DNA of 30,963 bases from Campylobacteraceae bacterium (GTDB lineage: Bacteria > Campylobacterota > Campylobacteria > Campylobacterales > Sulfurovaceae), in contig JALVPA010000140.1 of assembly GCA_027026055.1 (NCBI GenBank), positions 1 through 30,963 on the forward strand. The letters run 5' to 3'. How positions within the stretch are numbered: the stretch's first letter is position 1; every line of letters starts with the position of its first letter. The notes beneath the pieces were generated by a model. It was not told where the DNA came from. It saw only the letters and a program-made list of their open reading frames with translations, and made no database searches. Shown here in pieces: positions 10,519 to 19,731 of this stretch. The position numbers and the translations under genes were made by a program.

Positions 10519-11307
10519 TTATCCTCGCGCTATGATGCTGGCCAGTTCGCGGTACGCGACCGAACCTTTCGATTTTCCCGCATAGTGAATGACCGGTTTA
10601 CCGAAGCTTGGACTCTCGGCTATCTTGACGTTACGCGGTACGACGATACATTCTTTGGCATTTTTTTCGGTATGAAAAAGCTTGTCTTTGAAATGGTGCG
10701 ACAAGTCCGCCAAAACCTGCTTGGAAAGATTGTTTTGTTTGGAATACATTGTCGGTAAAAAACCGCGAATTTTCAACGAAGGATTGATAGTTTTTTTCAA
10801 TAAATTAACGGTATTGATCAGTTGTGCCAACCCTTCAAGCGCAAAAAACTCACACTGTATCGGGATAATAACCGAATCGGACGCGCTTAGCGCATTGATC
10901 GTAATGGGACCGAGCGCCGGCGGCGAATCGATGATGATAAAGTCGTATCTGTCGCGTATCTCTTTCAAACGCTCTTTTAAAATAAGCTCATTATTTTTCT
11001 TTTTCGGATTGTAAAACTCTTTTTCGATACCGACCAAACCGATATTGGAAGGGACCAAGTGAAGACGTTTGATCGATGTCTTGAGTACCACTTCCGAAAT
11101 CTTTTTACTACCTATCAAGACATGATAGATATTGAACTCGTAATCGTTACGACTAAACCCGAGACTTGTCGTCGCGTTGGATTGCGGGTCGCTGTCGATC
11201 AGAAGTACCTTTTTCCCTTTTTCGGCCAACGATGCGGCGAGATTGACCGCCGTCGTCGTTTTCCCCACTCCGCCTTTTTGATTGGCAATACTGATTACTT
11301 CGCTCAT
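10519..11307 (-). CDS. parA: Chromosome partitioning ATPase ParA/Soj
   Basis: NQKGGVGKTT, DSDPQSNAT, IIIDSPP, AESPSFG. Confidence 0.97.
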   Translation of the reverse strand: MSEVISIANQKGGVGKTTTAVNLAASLAEKGKKVLLIDSDPQSNATTSLGFSRNDYEFNIYHVLIGSKKISEVVLKTSIKRLHLVPSNIGLVGIEKEFYNPKKKNNELILKERLKEIRDRYDFIIIDSPPALGPITINALSASDSVIIPIQCEFFALEGLAQLINTVNLLKKTINPSLKIRGFLPTMYSKQNNLSKQVLADLSHHFKDKLFHTEKNAKECIVVPRNVKIAESPSFGKPVIHYAGKSKGSVAYRELASIIARG

Positions 11308-11939
11308 CTTGCGCTATACACCTTTCTCCCGTTCATACGTATGGAACCGTCCTCGCAGAGAACAGCATCACGAAGCGAATGCCGGACACCGTCTATATGG
11401 ACACTGAAGTTTTTGCTTAATTCAAATTCTACCCGATACTCACTAAAGAGTCGCTTCCATTCGGGCGGATTTTCGAGGTGCGAAACAAATCGTTTTAGTA
11501 ACTCGTCGGGCGAAACGTCGCTTTCAAGGGAAGCATAATCGTTTACGTCGTTTTTGAGATTGACTCCGATGCCGAAGACAAGTGTTTCGTTTCGTAATGT
11601 CGTTACGACTCCACCGATTTTTTCATGAGATTTGTAAAGATCGTTCGGCCACTTCACCCAAACGTTTTCACCCAAATCACGCAACGCTTTTTTCATCAAC
11701 ATCGAAACGAAAATCGAAGCGGATGCTACGGGAAGATCTTCGGGAAGCGTGTTTTTTTTGACGGCAAAAGAGGCGAAAAAATTCCCCTTTCCCCCTTCCC
11801 ATTTGTTGTCGCGACTTCCCATACCGTCGCTCTGTTCGTAAGCAATAACCGCTACGGGAGGTTCAAGTCTATTTTGTGCCAATGCTTCCAGTAAATACCG
11901 CTGTGTCGAACCGAGTCTCTCAAAAGATAGTATCTCCAA
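11304..11939 (-). CDS. birA: Biotin--[acetyl-CoA-carboxylase] ligase (TTG start, no HTH)
   Basis: STQ, QSDGMGSRDNKW, KWPNDLY, KIGG, GIGVN. Confidence 0.93.
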   Translation of the reverse strand: MEILSFERLGSTQRYLLEALAQNRLEPPVAVIAYEQSDGMGSRDNKWEGGKGNFFASFAVKKNTLPEDLPVASASIFVSMLMKKALRDLGENVWVKWPNDLYKSHEKIGGVVTTLRNETLVFGIGVNLKNDVNDYASLESDVSPDELLKRFVSHLENPPEWKRLFSEYRVEFELSKNFSVHIDGVRHSLRDAVLCEDGSIRMNGRKVYSAR

Positions 11940-12840
11940 CTCTCTTTCCTCTTCCTACGCAATAGGCTTTGGCACGCATCGGCTTTTTGCCGGGCGGTTG
12001 TAACGTCCCGACGCGCAATCTACCTTGTTCGCATCCGATACTCAGACTCTCGTCGTCATGTATCGCCAAAATTTCACCGGCTCTATAGCGTCCCTCTTTC
12101 GCTTCAAGTTGCAGATTTTCGTATTTGGTGCCGTTTGCATCGAAAATGCCGGGCCATCCTTCGAAAGCGCGATATTTGTTGTAGATCGTCCGCGCATCCT
12201 CAAAGGCGATCTCTCCGTCGCTTTTGCGAATCTTTTTGCAGTAGCTTGCTTCGGCGTCGTTTTGCGCTTCGGGTACGATTGTTTCAAAGTCTCTTAGCGT
12301 CTCCAGCGTCAAAGCGCACGCATCCTCCGTCAAACGCTCCGTCAAGGCATGCAAGCGCATATCTTTGGGAATCTCGAAGCTTTTTTTAAGCAGTATCGCA
12401 CCCGTATCGAGTCCTTCGTCCATCAACATCGAAGTGACACCGGTGACCTTGTCGCCGTTGAGTAACGCCTGCTGTATCGGCGACGCCCCGCGATATTTGG
12501 GCAAAAGCGACGCATGCAGATTGATACACGGCGCGATATCCAAAATAGACTTTGGCAACAACTGTCCGAACGCCGCCACGACGATAAAGTCGGGCGACAA
12601 AGATGCGATACGCTCGATAACTCCCGCTTCGCTCAAACGTTGCGGCTGCAATACTTCGATACCCGTTGCCTCGGCGGTCGGCTTCACGGGTGGCGGCGTC
12701 ATTACGCGTTTACGTCCTACGGGACGATCGGGCTGCGTAACCACCGACACTACCGCCATATCCCCCGCATCGATCAACGTTTGCAATATCCTATCGGCAT
12801 AGTGCGGCGTGCCCATAAAAACGATACGATATTTATGCAT
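11920..12840 (-). CDS. fmt: Methionyl-tRNA formyltransferase
   Basis: [44 protein letters not shown]; ATG 12840 follows GAGG. Confidence 0.97.
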   Translation of the reverse strand: MHKYRIVFMGTPHYADRILQTLIDAGDMAVVSVVTQPDRPVGRKRVMTPPPVKPTAEATGIEVLQPQRLSEAGVIERIASLSPDFIVVAAFGQLLPKSILDIAPCINLHASLLPKYRGASPIQQALLNGDKVTGVTSMLMDEGLDTGAILLKKSFEIPKDMRLHALTERLTEDACALTLETLRDFETIVPEAQNDAEASYCKKIRKSDGEIAFEDARTIYNKYRAFEGWPGIFDANGTKYENLQLEAKEGRYRAGEILAIHDDESLSIGCEQGRLRVGTLQPPGKKPMRAKAYCVGRGKRVGDTIF

Positions 12841-13612
12841 CGACAACCTCGCTTTCGGGAAGAAACAACGTACCTCCTTTTTGAACGCCTTCTATCAAAA
12901 AACTTCTCGCGTCTTGCAGATCGAATCCGCTGGCAAGATACATCTTTCGACCGTGATTCATTAAAAAATCGGCGGCTTGAAGCTTGGTGACGATACCGCC
13001 GGTGGCAAATTCGTTGTTGGGCGTATGCTCCGCACACAGCTCCGCATCGCTAATGTGCGTGACCCTTTTTCTCGGTTCGGCATCGTCGTGACAGTTTGGA
13101 TCTTTGTCGTAATAAGCATCGATATCCGACAATATCACCAACAACGACGCGTCGAAATAGTGCGTCACGTGCGCAGACAAACGATCGTTATCACCGAAGA
13201 CCAATTCGTCGATACTGACCGTATCGTTTTCGTTGATGATCGGCACCACGCCGTTTTGCAATAAAGTATCGACCGCCGATTTGGCATGCGCCGTCGCGCG
13301 TCTGGAATCGAACACATCTGCACCCAACAAGATCTGCGAACAGATCATATCGAATTTGGCGAACTTCTCCTGATACATCTTGAGCAGAAGTGGTTGACCG
13401 ATTGCCGCCAAAGCCTGACGGTTAGCAATAGAACTTCTATCGAGCGGCAATTTGCCATACCCCGCCGCCACCGCACCCGAACTGACCAAAATCACTTCAT
13501 TATCGTGTCGATGAAGCTCCGCGACCAATTCCACGAGCGCATACATACGTGCTTTTGCAATGCCGTTTTTTTCGGTCAATACATGCGAACCGACTTTGAT
13601 TACGAGTCGCAT
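12833..13612 (-). CDS. proB: Glutamate 5-kinase (no PUA domain)
   Basis: [41 protein letters not shown]. Confidence 0.97.
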   Translation of the reverse strand: MRLVIKVGSHVLTEKNGIAKARMYALVELVAELHRHDNEVILVSSGAVAAGYGKLPLDRSSIANRQALAAIGQPLLLKMYQEKFAKFDMICSQILLGADVFDSRRATAHAKSAVDTLLQNGVVPIINENDTVSIDELVFGDNDRLSAHVTHYFDASLLVILSDIDAYYDKDPNCHDDAEPRKRVTHISDAELCAEHTPNNEFATGGIVTKLQAADFLMNHGRKMYLASGFDLQDARSFLIEGVQKGGTLFLPESEVVDA

Positions 13613-14730
13613 CGCTCCTCCTCCTTTATCGCTTCCGCCGCTTTTTTGACAAAGTCGTATAATGCGTAACGCAACGCTTCGGTATTGATATGCGCCACCG
13701 CCGATACGGGAAGAATAAAAAACGGTTGTTTTTCGGGAAGTTGCGTTTCGTATGTTTCGTCGAAAAGATAACTACGATAGCCTTCGGCGATTTTATAACG
13801 CCTCATTCCGTCGTTGGCTTCGAGTCCCAGTTTCGTAAGAAGCGCTTCGCATTTGTCGTTGACCTCCTCTTGGGTCAACGCGTCGATTTTGGTCAACGCC
13901 ACCGCAAAGGGTCGCTTTGCCAATGCCTCCGAATAACGCGATAACTCTTCGAACAATATCTCATACTGATACTCTATCTCGCGGTAATTCGACGCATCGA
14001 TCATCAATAAAAGGGTTTTTGTCCGTTCGATATGCCTCAAAAAATCGAGCCCCAGACCTCTACCGTCGCTCGCCCCTTCGATAATACCCGGAATATCCGC
14101 CATCATAAAGGCGTCGAATTCTCCTACGTTCACCACGCCGATCTTCGGTGTCAACGTGGTAAACTCGTAGTTCGCCACTTGCGGTCTGGCATTCGACAAT
14201 GTCGAAATAAGCGTCGATTTGCCGACGTTTGGAAAACCGACCAAACCCACGTCGGCGATACTTTTAAGCTCCAAGCGTACCTCTTTAGTCTCGCCGGGAA
14301 GACCGGGCTGGGCATATGTGGGGCGCTGATTCGAAGCGCTTTTGAAGTGGACATTGCCCAAACCGCCTTTGCCGCCTTCCAAAAAGAGTACCTTTTCGCC
14401 GGGAGTAACCAAATCCAACAAGACTTCGCCCGTATGCACATCGATCACCTGAGTACCCGGAGGGACGCGTAACACCAAATCTTCGCCTTTTTTCCCAAAA
14501 CGTTTGCGTCCTTCGCCGGGACGACCGTTTTTGGCTTTGAGGTGACGTTTGCCGCGATACCACGAGAGCGTATCGGTGTTGTTATCCACGACAAAATAGA
14601 CTGACCCTCCTCGTCCGCCGTCCCCACCGTCGGGACCGCCGTTGACTACAAATTTTTCCGTCCAAAACGATACGGCGCCCGCACCGCCTTTTCCGGAACT
14701 AATTGTCAGTTCCACACTATCTACAAACAT
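13600..14730 (-). CDS. obgE: Obg family GTPase ObgE/CgtA
   Basis: Gly-rich Obg fold ([12 protein letters not shown]), [20 protein letters not shown]. Confidence 0.98.
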   Translation of the reverse strand: MFVDSVELTISSGKGGAGAVSFWTEKFVVNGGPDGGDGGRGGSVYFVVDNNTDTLSWYRGKRHLKAKNGRPGEGRKRFGKKGEDLVLRVPPGTQVIDVHTGEVLLDLVTPGEKVLFLEGGKGGLGNVHFKSASNQRPTYAQPGLPGETKEVRLELKSIADVGLVGFPNVGKSTLISTLSNARPQVANYEFTTLTPKIGVVNVGEFDAFMMADIPGIIEGASDGRGLGLDFLRHIERTKTLLLMIDASNYREIEYQYEILFEELSRYSEALAKRPFAVALTKIDALTQEEVNDKCEALLTKLGLEANDGMRRYKIAEGYRSYLFDETYETQLPEKQPFFILPVSAVAHINTEALRYALYDFVKKAAEAIKEEERCDS

Positions 14731-14756
14731 CTGACTTTCCTTCGTTTACGTGCGAA

Positions 14757-14762
14757 ATTATA
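14757..14762 (-). promoter_or_regulatory. -10 box (TATAAT) for obgE
   Basis: GGATATAAT on the minus strand 27 nt upstream of ATG 14730, followed by SD AAGGAAA. Confidence 0.55.
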
Positions 14763-14774
14763 TCCTATATTCGG

Positions 14775-14780
14775 TATACT
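14775..14780 (+). promoter_or_regulatory. -10 box (TATACT) for the lipoprotein gene
   Basis: GGTATACT 30 nt upstream of ATG 14810; back-to-back with the obgE promoter. Confidence 0.45.
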
Positions 14781-14809
14781 TGTCCCTAAATAGAGAATTC
14801 GGAGCGACT

Positions 14810-15115
14810 ATGCATATACCGTTTCGCTTTTTTGCCGTCTCAGTGTTTTTGATAACGCTTTTCGGTTGTAACTCTCCGCACAAACGTCGTCACCCTCATG
14901 CGTTTGTCTACGAAGGTATCTATTTCGGAAGAGATCGTTCCGATTTATTCGTCGCCGGTGTCAAAGACGGATGTGAAACCGCCAAAGGATATTATCGAAA
15001 ATCACACGAACTTTTTCGTGAAAACGGCGACTATTACGACGGTTGGTTTATGGGAAGAAACAAATGTGGAAAACGTTACGAATCCGAAACGGCGCAAGTC
15101 CGTTTCTCAAGTTGA
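14810..15115 (+). CDS. Small hypothetical lipoprotein (101 aa)
   Basis: GGAG SD at 14801-14804; signal peptide with lipobox LFGC; mature part has G..DGC.TA.G.Y.K and Y..GW..G..KC. Confidence 0.75.
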   Translation: MHIPFRFFAVSVFLITLFGCNSPHKRRHPHAFVYEGIYFGRDRSDLFVAGVKDGCETAKGYYRKSHELFRENGDYYDGWFMGRNKCGKRYESETAQVRFSS

Positions 15116-15117
15116 AA

Positions 15118-15372
15118 TTATGCGGGGACGACAGAAACTTTTTTTTGCGTTCTACTTTTGTTTTCGAACTTGACCACACCTTCGATCAATGCGTAAATGG
15201 TGTGATCTTTACCCATACCCACACCTTTTCCGGGGTGTACTTTCGTACCGCGTTGTCTTACGATAATGTTACCGGGAATCACTTTTTCGCCGCCAAATTT
15301 TTTTACACCGAGACGACGTCCGATAGAGTCGCGGTTATTCTGGGTTGAACCTTGACCTTTCTTGTGTGCCAT
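15118..15372 (-). CDS. rpmA: 50S ribosomal protein L27
   Basis: [25 protein letters not shown]. Confidence 0.99.
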   Translation of the reverse strand: MAHKKGQGSTQNNRDSIGRRLGVKKFGGEKVIPGNIIVRQRGTKVHPGKGVGMGKDHTIYALIEGVVKFENKSRTQKKVSVVPA

Positions 15373-15384
15373 GACCTACTCTCC

Positions 15385-15690
15385 TTATGCGATTTTTGTG
15401 ATACGAACTCTCGTGAAGTCTCTGCGGAAACCTCTTTTGAGTTTGGAATCTTTTCTTCTGCGTTTTTTATAGATGATCACTTTTTTGTCACGACCTTCGT
15501 TGATCACCTCGCCTTTGACGACCGCGCCTTCGACGTACGGCGTTCCGATTTTGAGTTCACCGTCATCCAGTGCCAACACTTCTTTGAACTCCACTTCCGA
15601 TTTGGGCTCCAAACCCATTTTGTCGAAGCAGATGATGTCGCCTTCTTGAACTTTGAACTGCTGACCGCTCGCTTTGATAATTGCGTACAT
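15385..15690 (-). CDS. rplU: 50S ribosomal protein L21
   Basis: [28 protein letters not shown]. Confidence 0.99.
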   Translation of the reverse strand: MYAIIKASGQQFKVQEGDIICFDKMGLEPKSEVEFKEVLALDDGELKIGTPYVEGAVVKGEVINEGRDKKVIIYKKRRRKDSKLKRGFRRDFTRVRITKIA

Positions 15691-15730
15691 TACCTACCCT
15701 TTACCTGAGTGTATATTTAAAAAGTTCGAG

Positions 15731-15736
15731 ATTATA
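15731..15736 (-). promoter_or_regulatory. -10 box (TATAAT) for rplU-rpmA
   Basis: GGGTATAAT on the minus strand about 40 nt upstream of the rplU ATG. Confidence 0.6.
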
Positions 15737-15771
15737 CCCAAACGATGTTTAATCTATTTTTAAACGCTTTT

Positions 15772-16164
15772 TCACCCGAAATCGACATGGGTATCGGCCA
15801 ATGCGATGCATTCGATTTCGACCAATGCGCCTTTGGGAAGCGACTTGACCGCGACGGTGGAACGAGCGGGCTTGTGATCCCCAAAATAGTGGGCATAGAT
15901 TTCGTTGACCTTTTCGAAATCGTTCATATCGGTCAAATAGATAGTGGTCTTTACCACTTTGTCAAATCCCGTACCCGCCTCTTTCAAAACGTAATAGAGA
16001 TTTTTGAGTACCTGTTTTGTCTGGTATTCGATCCCTCGCGTTTCCATCGTACCGTCCGGCATCAGCGCGATTTGTCCGGAAGTATAGACAAAACCGTTTG
16101 CCGAAATAGCTTGAGAATAGGGTCCGATAGCCGCGGGAGCTTCGTCGGTAGAGATAAATTTCAT
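15772..16164 (-). CDS. ridA: RidA family enamine/imine deaminase
   Basis: APAAIGPYSQA, YTSGQI, VVKTT, PARSTV, VEIECIA. Confidence 0.95.
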   Translation of the reverse strand: MKFISTDEAPAAIGPYSQAISANGFVYTSGQIALMPDGTMETRGIEYQTKQVLKNLYYVLKEAGTGFDKVVKTTIYLTDMNDFEKVNEIYAHYFGDHKPARSTVAVKSLPKGALVEIECIALADTHVDFG

Positions 16165-16185
16165 ATTCCAATCCTTTCAGTGAAT

Positions 16186-16518
16186 TTATTTGTTTTTTTC
16201 ATAAAAAATGTACGATGTGGAGTAATCCGAAAATTCGAAATAGGCTTTCTCCTCTCCTTTATCCACTTTGAAATTGAAATTGGTATCGTGATAGCCGTAA
16301 CCGTAACGATAAGGGCGCGGATTCCCGTCATTCGTACCGTATGCGGTCGAAATTTTATCGATATGTATAAACCGATGGACCAATTTGTCGCCGGCATAAA
16401 CCTCCAGTACCCCGTTCGTACCCGTCCAATTTTGAAGCGAACGACTCAAACTGTTTTGTGTCTCTTGGGTACAACCGCCGAAAATCAACGCGGTCACCGC
16501 CAATAAAACGTATCGCAT
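16186..16518 (-). CDS. Hypothetical lipoprotein (110 aa)
   Basis: ATG 16518 after GAAGGAG SD; MRYVLLAVTALIFGGC lipobox; polar, aromatic-rich mature domain. Confidence 0.8.
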   Translation of the reverse strand: MRYVLLAVTALIFGGCTQETQNSLSRSLQNWTGTNGVLEVYAGDKLVHRFIHIDKISTAYGTNDGNPRPYRYGYGYHDTNFNFKVDKGEEKAYFEFSDYSTSYIFYEKNK

Positions 16519-16544
16519 TACATCTCCTTCGTTTTGCGTCAAAT

Positions 16545-16553
16545 ATTGTATCA
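16545..16553 (-). promoter_or_regulatory. Extended -10 promoter (TGaTACAAT) for lipoprotein-ridA
   Basis: Minus strand, 27 nt upstream of ATG 16518. Confidence 0.5.
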
Positions 16554-16576
16554 TAGCTTGAATTACAAACGCTCTT

Positions 16577-17251
16577 TTAGGCGATAGGCATCGCGAACTT
16601 TTGTGTCGTCAACTCGCCTTTGTCATCGAAATAGAGATAATAAAGCTTATCTTTCGCTACAGGCAATCCCGCAAGATAACGCAACGCCAAATTGGCTTGA
16701 AGCGAACCGATATGCATCACAATCGGTGCGGCGATACCTCCGGGCTTATGCCCCGAAAGGGGAAACACACCGAATTTCGCTTTTTCCATAAAACAGACTT
16801 GCCCGTTGAAAACTTCTACACTCGCATAAATCCAAGGAATTTCGTGCGCTTTGGCATAATCGTCGATTGCGTATCGCGTTTCGAGATTATCGGTCGCATC
16901 CAATATCAAATCGGGCTTCTTTTCTCTTTCGACAAATCTCTCGAAAGGTTCGGTAAGCGCTTCGACCTCTACAAAAGGATTTTTTCGTCGCAACAACGAC
17001 GCGACGCATTCGGTTTTGTATTTTCCCTCGTCATCCGTCGTAAAAGCGATTTGACGATGAATGTTGTGAAGACTGACGGTATCGTAATCGACCATCGTAA
17101 TCTTACCGATACCCGAGGTCCCCAACGCCATCGCCAAGGTACATCCCAAACCGCCCGAACCGATAACAGCAATCTCTTTTTCCGCCAAACGTCGTTGCGT
17201 CTCCTCGCCCCAAAGTTGGATTTGCCGATGAAAATACGTTTCCGGTGTCAC
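16577..17251 (-). CDS. ThiF/MoeB/HesA family adenylyltransferase (E1-like), lacking Zn-binding CxxC motifs (GTG start)
   Basis: RQIQLWG, GSGGLG, DYDTV..HNIHRQ, DATDN...R; no CxxC anywhere in 224 aa. Confidence 0.9.
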   Translation of the reverse strand: MTPETYFHRQIQLWGEETQRRLAEKEIAVIGSGGLGCTLAMALGTSGIGKITMVDYDTVSLHNIHRQIAFTTDDEGKYKTECVASLLRRKNPFVEVEALTEPFERFVEREKKPDLILDATDNLETRYAIDDYAKAHEIPWIYASVEVFNGQVCFMEKAKFGVFPLSGHKPGGIAAPIVMHIGSLQANLALRYLAGLPVAKDKLYYLYFDDKGELTTQKFAMPIA

Positions 17252-18060
17252 GGTAATGCCTTTCTCTCTTTTAGTTCTTTTTCAAACGCCCATATTTTGC
17301 GATGTTGCGTCACGGCGGCTTTTTCTATCTCCTCGACCAACATCGACTCCTTATCCTCCAAAACCATTTCCACTTCACCTTCGGGAGAAACCAGCATCGT
17401 ATCGCCGTAAAAATGCCACTTGAAGGAGTCGTCGATATATTCGCCAATACGATTGGCGCGCAAAACGTAACATCCGTGCAAGAACGCTTGCGTTTTGATA
17501 ATCTCACGCCATCGGTTATGCGAACCGAACGTCGATGCGGTCGGCAACAACACCAAGTCGACCTTTTTTTTTGTAACGTAATGCCAAAAATAGTCGAAAT
17601 GGATTTCGTAGCCGCCCATTACCATAACCCTGAATCCGTCCAGTTTAAACGTCATCGGTTCGTGAAGCTTCTCGACGGGATTGGCAAAAAAAGTTTTTTC
17701 GTCCCAATGTTTGTAGGGAATCAAAATTTGCTGTTCGTAATAACGGATATTCGAAGGAGAAATTTTGGCGACCACTTTGTGGTATCCGTCTTTTTTCACT
17801 TGCACCACGGGAGCGACGAATACGACGCCATATTCCGAAGACAACGTTCGCAAAAACTCCAAATGTTTTTTGGTTTGGGTTTTGACCATGTTTTTCGACA
17901 TGGTGGCCAACTCTTTGAAAAAGTGATTCAGGACATATTCGCCAAGCAGTATCAGCCTCGCACCTCTTTCCGTCGCTTTTTTGAGATAAAACTCGAGACG
18001 CGTCGCATTCATACCGAGTGTCGGTAACTGCAGTGCCGCTACTGTCAGCGATTTTGCCAT
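17248..18060 (-). CDS. Carbon-nitrogen hydrolase (nitrilase) fold protein with degenerate triad
   Basis: VAALQ, LILLGEY, VDLVLLPTA, VLRANRIG, FYGDT.LV.P.G; expected YRK is YEQ and expected ICYD is GGYE. Confidence 0.88.
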   Translation of the reverse strand: MAKSLTVAALQLPTLGMNATRLEFYLKKATERGARLILLGEYVLNHFFKELATMSKNMVKTQTKKHLEFLRTLSSEYGVVFVAPVVQVKKDGYHKVVAKISPSNIRYYEQQILIPYKHWDEKTFFANPVEKLHEPMTFKLDGFRVMVMGGYEIHFDYFWHYVTKKKVDLVLLPTASTFGSHNRWREIIKTQAFLHGCYVLRANRIGEYIDDSFKWHFYGDTMLVSPEGEVEMVLEDKESMLVEEIEKAAVTQHRKIWAFEKELKERKALP

Positions 18061-18087
18061 GGTATTCCTCCGGGTATTCGCTAGCGT

Positions 18088-18291
18088 CTACGCTTCGTTG
18101 TTTCGGTTTTCTTGCCGTATAATTTCCACTTTCGCTTTCGCTTCTTCGAGCATCTTTTGCGCCGATTTGATGACGGCGGTACCCTTTTCATAAAGCTTTA
18201 CCGCCTCTTCCAATTCGATATCCGGCTGCGCCAATCGTTCCAAAATCTCCTTGGCATATTCCAATTTTTTTTCAAACGTCTCTTGTTTCAT
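18088..18291 (-). CDS. xseB: Exodeoxyribonuclease VII small subunit
   Basis: TFEKKL...EILERL..PDIELEEAVKLYEKG.....AQKML..A. Confidence 0.93.
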   Translation of the reverse strand: MKQETFEKKLEYAKEILERLAQPDIELEEAVKLYEKGTAVIKSAQKMLEEAKAKVEIIRQENRNNEA

Positions 18292-19381
18292 TCAAAATCT
18301 CCGCAATACGATAGTCAAATTTGTCCAACTCCACCAAAAAAGCGTCGTGTCCGTAATCGCTATCGACCTCCAGATACGTATAAGGTTGTCCGTTACGCTC
18401 CAACATCTTTGCGATATGCGCCATCTCTTCGGGGAAAAAGAGATAATCGGATTTGAAGCTTATCAGATGCACCCTCGCTTTGATACGTTTGATCGCTTCG
18501 TAAAGCGAATCGTACCCGCGTGCCAGATTGAAGGTATTGATCGCTTTGACGATATAAAGATAGCTAAGCGGGTCGAAATAGCGGGCGAAATTGGCGGTGT
18601 TGTACTCCATGTAGCGCTCCACTTCGTAGCGACCGAAAAGCTCGAAAAGCCCGTCGTTACTGACGTAGTTTCGACCGAACTTTTTATCCATCGAGTCGGG
18701 AGAGAGATAGGAGATATGCCCCGCGATGCGCCCTATCGCCAAACCGTCCAACCCGTGTTCCTTAAAATCGTCCGGATCGTAATTGCCGTTTTTAAAACGC
18801 GGATCGCGTCGTATCGCCTCGATAGCGACCTTGTTGAACGCAATCGTCCACGGTCTGGTAGCATAAGTCGCCGCCAATGCGATGATTTCGTCGGAAAAAT
18901 TGGGATAATCGACCGCAAACTGCAACGCCTGCATCCCGCCCATCGAGCCGCCGACAATCGCTTTGACACGGTAAATGCCCAACTCCGAAAGCAGATGCAT
19001 CTGCGCGCGTATCATATCTTTGATCGTCACGACGGGAAACTTCAACCGATACGGCTCCAACGACGGATAACTCTCGCTCATCGGTCCGGTAGAGCCGAAA
19101 CACGATCCGATCACATTGGTGCAGATGACAAAATATCTGCGCGTATCGATCGCTTTACCCTCGCCGATCAAACCGTCCCACCAACCGGGTTTACGATCCC
19201 CTTCGTAAAGGCCCGCGGCATGGTGTGAACCGCTCAACGCATGACAGACCAACACGACATTGTTTTTCTCTTGGTTAAGTTCGCCGTAAGTCTCGTAAGC
19301 GATATTGTACGGTTCGAGGATACGCCCGCTCTCGAGATAGAGCGGCGAACTGAAATGCGCGGTTTTGGTTTCGATTTTCAT
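18272..19381 (-). CDS. metX: Homoserine O-acetyltransferase
   Basis: CHALSGSHH, GGSMGGMQ, YGHDAFL catalytic motifs. Confidence 0.96.
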   Translation of the reverse strand: MKIETKTAHFSSPLYLESGRILEPYNIAYETYGELNQEKNNVVLVCHALSGSHHAAGLYEGDRKPGWWDGLIGEGKAIDTRRYFVICTNVIGSCFGSTGPMSESYPSLEPYRLKFPVVTIKDMIRAQMHLLSELGIYRVKAIVGGSMGGMQALQFAVDYPNFSDEIIALAATYATRPWTIAFNKVAIEAIRRDPRFKNGNYDPDDFKEHGLDGLAIGRIAGHISYLSPDSMDKKFGRNYVSNDGLFELFGRYEVERYMEYNTANFARYFDPLSYLYIVKAINTFNLARGYDSLYEAIKRIKARVHLISFKSDYLFFPEEMAHIAKMLERNGQPYTYLEVDSDYGHDAFLVELDKFDYRIAEILNETRDV

Positions 19382-19414
19382 ACGCTACTTTGATATCCGT
19401 GTTGTTGTTGCTGT

Positions 19415-19420
19415 ATTCTA
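19415..19420 (-). promoter_or_regulatory. Candidate -10 box (TAGAAT) for metX
   Basis: GGATAGAAT 33 nt upstream of the metX ATG, followed by a CAA-repeat leader. Confidence 0.35.
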
Positions 19421-19665
19421 TCCAATTTGGACTTTTGTTTAATAGAACAAAAAAAGAATCATTAGCGATTAAGCGCAATCACACGAAACTTCTCGTCCTT
19501 TATAATAAATTAAAGAGGATACGATAGCATAGTTCATTCATCGTTTCTCTCTCGTCCAATATCCAAACAGCATTTATCTTTTCCAACTAATTAACATTTT
19601 CTCTATCTTTAAGGGGATTATCGTTTGAAAATATTAGAATAAAAGTCTATATTATATATTGAGTT

Positions 19666-19700
19666 TTGACTCATTTATATTTTAACTATAAACGAGTCAA
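19666..19700 (-). other. 14-bp inverted repeat (hairpin or operator) downstream of metY
   Basis: Minus strand UUGACUCGUUUAUA-guuaaaa-UAUAAAUGAGUCAA; fully paired with one G-U; no U-tract follows. Confidence 0.6.
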
Positions 19701-19731
19701 CCGAACAATTAAATGTATAGCTTATAAAATA

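Noticed and set aside
9642-11307. Search for parS (TGTTTCACGTGAAACA), DnaA-box clusters or a dif site near parAB and in the AT-rich gaps
   Set aside because: No convincing match seen by eye.
12833-13612. Short ProB without a PUA domain, and BirA without an HTH
   Set aside because: Usual forms in this phylum, not truncations.
19500-19541. 13-codon ORF MNELCYRILFNLL behind GAGAGAG in the metY-metX gap, and the 67-aa TTG ORF 19275-19478
   Set aside because: Too short or out-of-frame overlapping metX; a single Cys and no Met run make a leader-peptide attenuator unsupported.
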